Shown: positions 1 to 7,508 of the stretch, one piece after another
Numbering within the stretch: position 1 is the first letter of the stretch
How the letters are laid out: each line of letters opens with the position of its first letter
Virus record (IMG/VR): IMGVR_UViG_3300036546_000248
Length of the DNA: 64,000 nt
Origin: a virus
Lineage: Duplodnaviria > Caudoviricetes
Direction: 5' to 3' (one strand)
The notes under the pieces: model-generated
Database searches by the model: none
What the model saw: the letters and a program-made list of their open reading frames with translations, nothing else
What the model was told of the DNA's origin: nothing
Program-made: the position numbers and the translations under genes

Positions 1-28
1 TAAAATAAAAAAAAAAATAAGCTAAGAC

Positions 29-54
29 CTACACGGGGCCAAAGCCCCGTGTAG
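29..54 (-). terminator. Intrinsic terminator downstream of the HNH gene
   Basis: CTACACGGGG-ccaaag-CCCCGTGTAG stem; the A-tract at 1-20 reads as a U-tract on the minus strand. Confidence 0.75.
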
Positions 55-59
55 TGTTC

Positions 60-707
60 TTATGTTGCTTCATTGGCCGATTGCTTTGTTAGGTAATCTA
101 TAGCCTCTTCTGGAGACATTCCTTTCAACAGTCGATAACCTAACGAACTAACAGATAGGTTAAACTTATCAGCTAGCTCAGCTACTGTGTATCGCTCACC
201 TTGATAATGGACGTTCTTGTTGGATCTTCTATTGTTTGCCTGTACTTTGCGTGTGACCCATCTACAATTATCAGGATTATAGTGTCCGTCATTGTCTCGA
301 CGATCAATGGTGAGTTTATCGGTGTAGCCGTTACTCAAAGCCCAGTCCCTAAAAGCTTCAAAACTATCCGACCACTCTTTACATACACGAATACCTCTTC
401 CACCGTAGCGAGGGTAAGCCATCACTGTAGGTAGATCACACCGACGTTTCATTTGTGCCCATATGCGATACAGCCTAGTACTATTCTTCCCTGCTTCCCC
501 ATGTACAGTGTTTAGCTTGTGTGAAACCTCTCGTCTATGACAACCACAAGATTGTGTTTGACCACGTTTAACCGAGTGTGCTGCAGCTAGAGTCACTAGC
601 CCACAATCACATACAAAATACCAGTAAGCATTCTTTTGGTGATTGTGCGAATGAATGAGTGCAACGAGTTTATTAAATCGTTGACCTCGTATATCCATGA
701 TAGCCAT
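60..707 (-). CDS. Free-standing HNH-type homing endonuclease-like protein
   Basis: CDCG...SCGC Zn-like motifs, YPRYGGRGI, TIDRRDNDGHYNPDNCRWVT HNH motif; AGGAG RBS before ATG at 707. Confidence 0.8.
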   Translation of the reverse strand: MAIMDIRGQRFNKLVALIHSHNHQKNAYWYFVCDCGLVTLAAAHSVKRGQTQSCGCHRREVSHKLNTVHGEAGKNSTRLYRIWAQMKRRCDLPTVMAYPRYGGRGIRVCKEWSDSFEAFRDWALSNGYTDKLTIDRRDNDGHYNPDNCRWVTRKVQANNRRSNKNVHYQGERYTVAELADKFNLSVSSLGYRLLKGMSPEEAIDYLTKQSANEAT

Positions 708-780
708 AAGTACTCCTAAGGCATAGTTACCCTTTGATAGTATATACTTCAAATAGCTTTAACCCCAACGCGGCATAAAA

Positions 781-812
781 GCCTACAGGGAGGCGTGAGC
801 CTCCCTGTATGC
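781..812 (-). terminator. Terminator TACAGGGAGGC-GTGA-GCCTCCCTGTA followed on the minus strand by TTTTATGCCG
   Basis: Perfect 11-bp stem directly after the stop of 815..1222; near-identical copy at about 55202-55228. Confidence 0.75.
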
Positions 813-814
813 CC

Positions 815-1222
815 TTACGTGCCTGTCAGTACCTGTAGCAAGGTCTGGAGTGCAGAGACCAGCGCTTGCGTCATCTGCGACTTTTCTTCATCACCCACCC
901 CAGCAGGATTGAAGTGATAAGTAGCAAAGGTGCTAACCATTGCCATAACCACAGACAGCATTACCAAGCCTGCGCGTACATACGTCGCTTTAGTCTTGTT
1001 ACCGCTGTCTAGAATGGTGCCGACTTCCATCGACAACAACTTGATCTGGATCGCGTCCTTCAAAGTTGCAATCTTGGCGTATGCGTCATTCCCCGAGTCT
1101 GTCAACAGCAACTGATTCTTTTCGTTCAGGTGGCTGTTGCAGATATCAACGATGGTTTCCCCCCACTCGAACTCCCCCAACGGGCGCTTCCCAGCTGTCC
1201 CCAACGCCCCACCGATGTTCAT
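815..1222 (-). CDS. Single-TM membrane protein at the end of the spanin operon (possible holin/antiholin-like)
   Basis: One hydrophobic helix AGLVMLSVVMAMVSTFATYHF; starts 2 nt after the o-spanin stop. Confidence 0.55.
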   Translation of the reverse strand: MNIGGALGTAGKRPLGEFEWGETIVDICNSHLNEKNQLLLTDSGNDAYAKIATLKDAIQIKLLSMEVGTILDSGNKTKATYVRAGLVMLSVVMAMVSTFATYHFNPAGVGDEEKSQMTQALVSALQTLLQVLTGT

Positions 1223-1224
1223 GG

Positions 1225-1596
1225 TTATTTACCTCGCAAGTTGACCCTCTTGGCCGTTTCCTCATACCATTTCTGGAAAGATTCTTGCGTTGCAAAACAA
1301 AGACCCAGGTTTTTAGTCTGGATCATGTACGCCAATGAAGCCATCAACAGCTGTTCTTCAGGGGTTGCTCGGTTGAACGCTTCGAGATCCGGCGGGGGTT
1401 GTACCGGTGCTTTTCTTTGGTACTCCGGTGGGATCTGGCTTGGGAGGTCCGTTGAGGGATTGGGTGGAGGCATACGCGTTCCACATCCCGTTGATAGCAG
1501 AGCTAGCAATATCAGGACGAATACTAGCAACAGTGTTTTGAGGTTCGGGCTTTTTGGCGTTGACGGCCAGCTCGTACCGAAACTTAGTGAGCACAT
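1225..1596 (-). CDS. Rz1: Outer-membrane lipoprotein spanin (Rz1-like), overlapping the i-spanin in another frame
   Basis: Hydrophobic signal LLLVFVLILLALLSTG-C lipobox, then Pro-rich mature part; begins inside the Rz gene; exact start uncertain (ATG 1596 or a later TTG/CTG). Confidence 0.7.
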   Translation of the reverse strand: MCSLSFGTSWPSTPKSPNLKTLLLVFVLILLALLSTGCGTRMPPPNPSTDLPSQIPPEYQRKAPVQPPPDLEAFNRATPEEQLLMASLAYMIQTKNLGLCFATQESFQKWYEETAKRVNLRGK

Positions 1597-1870
1597 TTTC
1601 AACCTCGGTCTGGTAACCAAGTTGCACATCAGTAAACTTGGTGGTGGTGTTAAACCAATCCTCGACCGATTCGCGATCAATGCGCATTTGTTCACGCAGA
1701 TCTTCCACATCCGCCGTCAGGTCTGAAACCTTCTGTTGCGAATCTTCAAGCGAGGACGTTAGTTCGTTGATGGTTTTTTCTTGACTGTAAATCTTCCACT
1801 GCGTCCAACTCACCACAGCGACGATCGCAATCATGAGTAGATTGCGAGGGTTAAGAAAGAACTTGGACAT
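1358..1870 (-). CDS. Rz: Inner-membrane spanin (Rz-like)
   Basis: N-terminal TM (LLMIAIVAVVSW) followed by a long coiled coil; TAATG overlap with the upstream stop. Confidence 0.7.
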   Translation of the reverse strand: MSKFFLNPRNLLMIAIVAVVSWTQWKIYSQEKTINELTSSLEDSQQKVSDLTADVEDLREQMRIDRESVEDWFNTTTKFTDVQLGYQTEVENVLTKFRYELAVNAKKPEPQNTVASIRPDIASSAINGMWNAYASTQSLNGPPKPDPTGVPKKSTGTTPAGSRSVQPSNP

Positions 1871-2457
1871 TAAACTTCTCCTAGCAACCACTTACGTACC
1901 AGGGTGTACTTGTAGTACCCAACCGCAATGGCGTCGATGGTGTGTTCGTCAAAACTTTCCATCGATGTACCTGTGAGGTTGTTCAGGTGCGTAAGTTTGA
2001 GGATGCTTTCTTTGACGTTGTCTTTACTACCCTTTTTAACCAGAGCACCCACGGCCGATTTAGCACTGGGGGGATCAATGGTTTCCAACGGCATAAAGGC
2101 ATCGTACTGAGTCAGGGCTCTGCGAATCGTTGCCTTACACTCCACGAGGGATTCAAAGGCTTGTGGGAAACGTCCCAGAAATGGTGACTCGCAGATCAAC
2201 GCATGCGGTTGATAAGTCCGAAGCCAGTGGAGGATGTTTTGTTCATGCATAAAAAGCTTGGCCCAACGGTCACCGTGAATAGTGAAACTGTCAGGCGCTT
2301 TTCGACTCATGCGCAACCCCGAGGACGTGTAAGCAGACACCAAGTCCAACCCATACGTTCTCAGGTCCACATCCAGTACCGCCAACCCCATGGTGTCAGT
2401 CCCAGGGTCAATGGCACAGATTCGGTACTTACCCACCCCTTGTGGGACGGTAAGCAT
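1870..2457 (-). CDS. ruvC: RuvC-like Holliday junction resolvase (RNase H fold)
   Basis: ICAIDPGT, ICESPF and DEHTIDAIAVG acidic catalytic motifs. Confidence 0.8.
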   Translation of the reverse strand: MLTVPQGVGKYRICAIDPGTDTMGLAVLDVDLRTYGLDLVSAYTSSGLRMSRKAPDSFTIHGDRWAKLFMHEQNILHWLRTYQPHALICESPFLGRFPQAFESLVECKATIRRALTQYDAFMPLETIDPPSAKSAVGALVKKGSKDNVKESILKLTHLNNLTGTSMESFDEHTIDAIAVGYYKYTLVRKWLLGEV

Positions 2458-2466
2458 AACTACCCC

Positions 2467-3339
2467 TTAGTTCCTCAGCACCCCAGCCGTTACGACATCA
2501 GTCGCGGACAGCAGTGGTTCAGTCGCACCGAGTTCAATGTTCTGTTCGAACCCGCTGTTAGTGAATGCCACACGGTGATCGGTAGTGATGAAGCTACAGA
2601 TCTGTGCGCACGCCACTTCCATCATGTTGAACGATTGGTTACCGCCGCCTTGAACTGTGGCCAGTCGATCAACCCCCGAAACCAGACCGATCTCAGAGAT
2701 CACGGCGTAGGCTTCATTGTCGTACTTGATACGACAAGCTTCGATCAACTCGAGCACGTCTTTGGCAGTGAACAGCAGCTTCAGAATCGAAGACACCGAG
2801 AGGTAGTTACCCGAGGTGGTGATCACACCTTCATTCGGCACTTCCGGTGGCGTGGGGTTGAGGTTCGCCATCGTGAATTCGTACGGCGAGGAAATTTCAT
2901 TGTCGCCGTTCACCGCCGTGTGTTCAATCACAGGGAGTACGTCGGCAAGGTTGATGCGTTTGAGGTAATACGCCCAATAACGCAGGTTGTTGTGGGTTTC
3001 CAGTACACGCATACCGTACTGGGCACGCTCGGAGACGCTCAGGTCGTTGTCGACCGGACGCAGCACAAACGGTAAGTGGCGGTACAGGGCCGCGTGAGAA
3101 GACACGCGATGATGAGGGGTGCTGTAGGGAGTACCGTCACCGCCAACGCGGTTACGATGACCACCATTACCAATGGCGAAATAACCCAAATGGGGGACCT
3201 CACCCTCGTTCAGTTTCGCATCAGCCAACACACCGAACTTTTCGTTGAGTGTGGTGAAAGGTAGGATTTGCGGGCGAATACCCAGCAGCAGTGCGCTTTG
3301 CAGGGCCGAACCCATGATAGTACGCGTAATCGTTTTCAT
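2467..3339 (-). CDS. phiKZ-like conserved virion structural protein
   Basis: Start MKTITRT at 3339; GYFAIGNGGH motif typical of phiKZ-like tail/baseplate proteins (recalled); lies in the structural block. Confidence 0.6.
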   Translation of the reverse strand: MKTITRTIMGSALQSALLLGIRPQILPFTTLNEKFGVLADAKLNEGEVPHLGYFAIGNGGHRNRVGGDGTPYSTPHHRVSSHAALYRHLPFVLRPVDNDLSVSERAQYGMRVLETHNNLRYWAYYLKRINLADVLPVIEHTAVNGDNEISSPYEFTMANLNPTPPEVPNEGVITTSGNYLSVSSILKLLFTAKDVLELIEACRIKYDNEAYAVISEIGLVSGVDRLATVQGGGNQSFNMMEVACAQICSFITTDHRVAFTNSGFEQNIELGATEPLLSATDVVTAGVLRN

Positions 3340-3427
3340 GTGGGGATAAAACCTTATCAGGTGAGACTCACATAATAGGGCATAAAATGTAATTTGGCAT
3401 AGACGGGACCGAAGTCCCGTCAGATGG

Positions 3428-4015
3428 TTAAGCGTCAAGACTGGTGACTGGCGGTAACTGTTTGGTAGGACCAATCAAAGCCAAATCGGAACCGGTGGTA
3501 CTGACAATACGGATATAAAACGAATCACCCCCACGCACCTTAGGAATGAAACGAGGTGAGTGTTCGGCAATCTGCAATTCGATGGTGTAGTCGAAAGGTG
3601 CGTACATCGACTTTTGGAATGAATGTGTGTCAGAAAGTGTCTGGGTTGAGCTACCCGGAACCAATACGTCTTGGTTCTCAATCAAGACCCCATACGTCCC
3701 TAACAAGTGTGTCTTAATGGCACCCCAAGTCACAGGCCATTCCGAAGGGAAAAAGAACACAGGGCGTCCGTTGAAAAGAGTTTGCAGACTCTCTCGCCGA
3801 TAACGAACCGAAGCTTCGTTCATATACCGACCGGGTTGCATCTGGTCAGTCAGCGTCCGTGCCCGAATGTTCACCACCACATAGTCCCCATCCGCTTGGT
3901 AGCTCAAGGCAGTGTGGTCAGTGTCCAAGTCATGGTCATTCACCATGCTGTACAGATTCTCCAGCAGCGTCTTGGAATCTAAACGCAATACTTGACTGAT
4001 GGATAAAAGGCTCAT
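3428..4015 (-). CDS. Hypothetical, probably virion-associated protein
   Basis: 195-aa ORF in operon with its neighbours; YRRESLQTLF resembles the FYKRIDFGELF repeat of the next gene. Confidence 0.6.
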   Translation of the reverse strand: MSLLSISQVLRLDSKTLLENLYSMVNDHDLDTDHTALSYQADGDYVVVNIRARTLTDQMQPGRYMNEASVRYRRESLQTLFNGRPVFFFPSEWPVTWGAIKTHLLGTYGVLIENQDVLVPGSSTQTLSDTHSFQKSMYAPFDYTIELQIAEHSPRFIPKVRGGDSFYIRIVSTTGSDLALIGPTKQLPPVTSLDA

Positions 4016-4019
4016 GTGG

Positions 4020-5249
4020 TTATCTCTTGTAGTAAATCAGAAAACGACCGCCAAAGTACGTACAGTACTGTGGGTCCAAACGCACCACCCAGATCAGTGT
4101 AAGACGAGGATCGGGACTAGCTGGGTAACCAACGTTGCGTCCCAAATACTCCACCTCAGCATTGAACAGGTTCACTGGAGAAGGTGTAGGACTACATTGT
4201 GTTGTACCCTCAGGTAAACCCAAGATTCGATCCATAAACGTCAGATCTGGTAACGATGTTAAGACCGTACCTTCATAGAGCGCTTGGAAACCTTCCAGCT
4301 CCGGCGTACCATCCAACAATCCAGCCCACAACTCCGCAGGATACCGATATCCCTGTTCAGGGAATTCAGGTACCAACTTAGTGACTTGGGCGTTGTAGTT
4401 AAGTGTGAGAGGACCCCTTACTTTGGTGTTGAGGGCCTCGTCCAATTCAACCTGTAGTACTCGACTGACTGTGAAAACGTAGGGAGTAACTCCCAGATCG
4501 ATAGCCCGCCCATTGAAGGTCACTTTCGCACCTTTAAGGTTAGCTTCGGCCGGGACAGAAGAATGAACCCAACTGTAGTTGGTCTCACCCACTTCGAAAT
4601 AGACCCGACCCAATGCTTGATGAAGAATAGAATCGGCTGAGATATCACCCAACGGGATACGCTTGAGGTGATCTCCGTAAAAGCGACCGTCAGTAAAATG
4701 CTTACGGTGCTGAACGAAGTCACGCGTCTTACTGGGATCTATCAGTCTGCCGAAATCACTGACCACTGTCACTTGATCCAACGCTTCTTTTTTAAGCAGT
4801 GTCAGCGTCACCTGACCCCACCACCGAAGTGAATAAGGGGCTGCCTTAAGTACATACCCGTAGGCGTTCTCTGCGGTGATCAGTTCGTTAACATAATCAC
4901 TGCTGTCAAAGACGTAGCCGTAATGGTGACTCAACACCTGAATGACATCCGAGGTCTTACAAGGCAAGTCCATCTGAATGGACAGTTGGGTATTGGCAAA
5001 CAACTCCCCAAAATCAATGCGCTTATAAAAGAAGTCTACCGAACCCCGGTAGACCTGACCCATAAAGCTGTCATTGGGTTTGCGACCCGTCACCTGAATC
5101 ATGGTCTCACGACCCACCAAGGCTTGGGGTATACCAAACTCCATGTGATCAGGCGCAATAGAGACCTGATTACTGTGAGTGATGATTCGGACCAACGCTT
5201 GTTGCGGAGTCAGACTCAACAACTCTTTAAAATCGAGGGCATCAATCAT
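4020..5249 (-). CDS. phiKZ-like virion structural protein (repeated tail/baseplate module)
   Basis: Start MIDALDF at 5249 after a terminator; RGSVDFFYKRIDF module similar to GSQTHRYTRLDL in 54670..55188. Confidence 0.6.
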   Translation of the reverse strand: MIDALDFKELLSLTPQQALVRIITHSNQVSIAPDHMEFGIPQALVGRETMIQVTGRKPNDSFMGQVYRGSVDFFYKRIDFGELFANTQLSIQMDLPCKTSDVIQVLSHHYGYVFDSSDYVNELITAENAYGYVLKAAPYSLRWWGQVTLTLLKKEALDQVTVVSDFGRLIDPSKTRDFVQHRKHFTDGRFYGDHLKRIPLGDISADSILHQALGRVYFEVGETNYSWVHSSVPAEANLKGAKVTFNGRAIDLGVTPYVFTVSRVLQVELDEALNTKVRGPLTLNYNAQVTKLVPEFPEQGYRYPAELWAGLLDGTPELEGFQALYEGTVLTSLPDLTFMDRILGLPEGTTQCSPTPSPVNLFNAEVEYLGRNVGYPASPDPRLTLIWVVRLDPQYCTYFGGRFLIYYKR

Positions 5250-5261
5250 AAACCCACCCTG

Positions 5262-5288
5262 AAAAAAAAAGGCCTCCGAAGAGGCCCT
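5262..5288 (-). terminator. UUCG-capped terminator GGCCTC-TTCG-GAGGCC plus U9
   Basis: Stem-loop plus T-tract right after the stop at 5293. Confidence 0.75.
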
Positions 5289-5292
5289 GAGG

Positions 5293-7464
5293 TTAAATAT
5301 CGAGATCTTCTGGTGGCGTGTCCGGATAACGGTATTCATCACTGGTACGGACCGGGAAGACGTCTTCCAACTCCTCCAACGGACGCACCGTCAGCGTGGC
5401 GTAGACAGACGGAATCGTCATGCGCACACGGCTGGTGTAGCCAGTTCCAGATGACATGTCCAGTGTTGGATCAAGTCGATCGGTGTGAAACTGGGTCGCT
5501 GAGGTGTCTGATTCGAACGTGGCGTCCGATAGATCCACGTACTCGGCATTGTAACCCTTACCGAACAGATCCTGAACGTACACGTTACTTTGGTGAATGC
5601 GAGTCACCCCTTCACCAAGTCCTTGATAATCCCCCACCCGAATAGCCGGACAACCGACCACCGTGATGTTTTTACCTTGGAGTTCCGTGACCACTTGGAT
5701 TGAATAGCTGCTAAGCTGGCGCAGCAAACGCACCATACTCTCTTGTAGGTCACTCAAACCCACAGACACCTTAAGATCTGACCCTGTTGCAGTTGCCATC
5801 AGGTTGTTAGCCAGTAGATCAAACTCTTCACGGGACAAACCGTCCAATTCCAAGTTCTTAGCTTTCAACCAATCGGTGTAGTCCATACCACCGGCCAAGT
5901 CGTAGTGTACGTCTTGATACAGGTGATAAGCCACATTTTCAACTTGTCCACGAGTTACCATGTGTTCACGGAAGGCAATGAAATCACTGTGTAGCTTCCA
6001 CGCCTTATGAATCTCTTGGCACTTCTCGTAGAAAGCAGCGGTGGATATCACATCACCAATTACCGGTTGGTCTTCACGCAGGTAATGAATCCATTCCGTG
6101 GGGACACGAGAGGGTTGCGCCAGCGCCCGCATCTCAGCTACCGAAGGAATCACAGGCTTGCGAACAAAGGTGGCTACCACATCCGGGACTTGTTCCAACC
6201 GAACACCATGCGAGGCATTGTAGGCGTACAAGAACAGGATAAACGCTTCCTTAGCCGTAAACCACAAAGACTCACCATTGGCTGGGTTGTCGAAGTTGGT
6301 CATGGCCAAATAGTTGCCTTCACACGCCCAACTGATCCAGTGGTTCAGTAGGACATCCCCTAACTTAACGCTAAAGGCTTCAGACCGATCCACCACCGAG
6401 GACTCCAACACTTTGGTTGGGAGTTCGCTGTGAGTGTGTCGTCCGTATTTGTGCGTAAGGTCTTGGAGCGCTTCAGCTTGGTAATGGACGTTGTTGCGAG
6501 TTACTGACACTTCTTTCTGGATCAACTCATTCGCCGAATAAATGTCGCGTACAGTACCGCTGACATACTTCGTCAGATCAAAGCGTTTGGCGTTGATTGC
6601 CGGCAGTAATTTATTAGGCATCCCAGAAATATTGTGTTGCAGGCGATACTTAGCCAGCGGCAATAGGCGCTCTGTCAACAGGTTCTCAACCAACCAGTCA
6701 AAGGTTTCTTGTTTACCAGCATTGCGGTTAATGTACTGGATGTTCCGATACAAAAACAACATCTGCTTTTTATTGAGGTTGTCGATGTAGCTGTCCAATT
6801 TACCGTTGGATGCTAGGTATTGTCTGATATGGAAACTGTGCACCTTTTCGGTTCGGCAATTGGCTAACCGAATGTTCAAGATGAACAGGGGAATGTTCAT
6901 ATAAAGGATGGCCAAGTTAGCGGCTGGATACAGATCATCCACCTTCGCATAGTCGGCTACATCCCAACGGACTTTCCATCCATCGATTTTCTTTTGCAGC
7001 TCCGGAATCAGATTGGTTTCGTTGCTCTCAACCAGATTGGTGTCATAGCTGAGGATCTCTCCATCCCGTGCCGCAATGGCTTGTTGGATATCGATGGGTT
7101 CCAAGATCCCTTGAATCAGATCGATCTGGTTCGGGTATTTACGCACCAGTTCTTTATAGAAACGTGTACCGGGCAAGTAACCACGCTTAGTGGCACGATG
7201 CTCGACCAGATTGGCCTTGGAGAACTCGATCATTTCACGAGTATCCAATGAGGTGACAAACATCCGGGTGTCGGTACTATGGTACTCACCCGCCAAATTC
7301 AGGTAATACTTCCACGTTTCTGGTTGCTCTTCGAAGACTTCCGCTGCGCCTGAATCGCGAAAAAACTGGTTGATAGAATTCGCCGTACTTTCGCTTTTGA
7401 GGACGATCGAGCGGGCGAGCAAGAGCACATCGTCGACATACAGCTTATAGCGTGCATTGGACAC
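5293..7464 (-). CDS. Large conserved virion structural protein (phiKZ gp128-like position)
   Basis: GTG start at 7464 (MSNARYKLY); WKYYLNLAGEYH motif; divergent from the portal as in phiKZ-like genomes (recalled synteny). Confidence 0.6.
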   Translation of the reverse strand: MSNARYKLYVDDVLLLARSIVLKSESTANSINQFFRDSGAAEVFEEQPETWKYYLNLAGEYHSTDTRMFVTSLDTREMIEFSKANLVEHRATKRGYLPGTRFYKELVRKYPNQIDLIQGILEPIDIQQAIAARDGEILSYDTNLVESNETNLIPELQKKIDGWKVRWDVADYAKVDDLYPAANLAILYMNIPLFILNIRLANCRTEKVHSFHIRQYLASNGKLDSYIDNLNKKQMLFLYRNIQYINRNAGKQETFDWLVENLLTERLLPLAKYRLQHNISGMPNKLLPAINAKRFDLTKYVSGTVRDIYSANELIQKEVSVTRNNVHYQAEALQDLTHKYGRHTHSELPTKVLESSVVDRSEAFSVKLGDVLLNHWISWACEGNYLAMTNFDNPANGESLWFTAKEAFILFLYAYNASHGVRLEQVPDVVATFVRKPVIPSVAEMRALAQPSRVPTEWIHYLREDQPVIGDVISTAAFYEKCQEIHKAWKLHSDFIAFREHMVTRGQVENVAYHLYQDVHYDLAGGMDYTDWLKAKNLELDGLSREEFDLLANNLMATATGSDLKVSVGLSDLQESMVRLLRQLSSYSIQVVTELQGKNITVVGCPAIRVGDYQGLGEGVTRIHQSNVYVQDLFGKGYNAEYVDLSDATFESDTSATQFHTDRLDPTLDMSSGTGYTSRVRMTIPSVYATLTVRPLEELEDVFPVRTSDEYRYPDTPPEDLDI

Positions 7465-7508
7465 GTCCAAGCCCCCTTTAGTGGATTTGAAAAGATAGGA
7501 GTGTGAAA

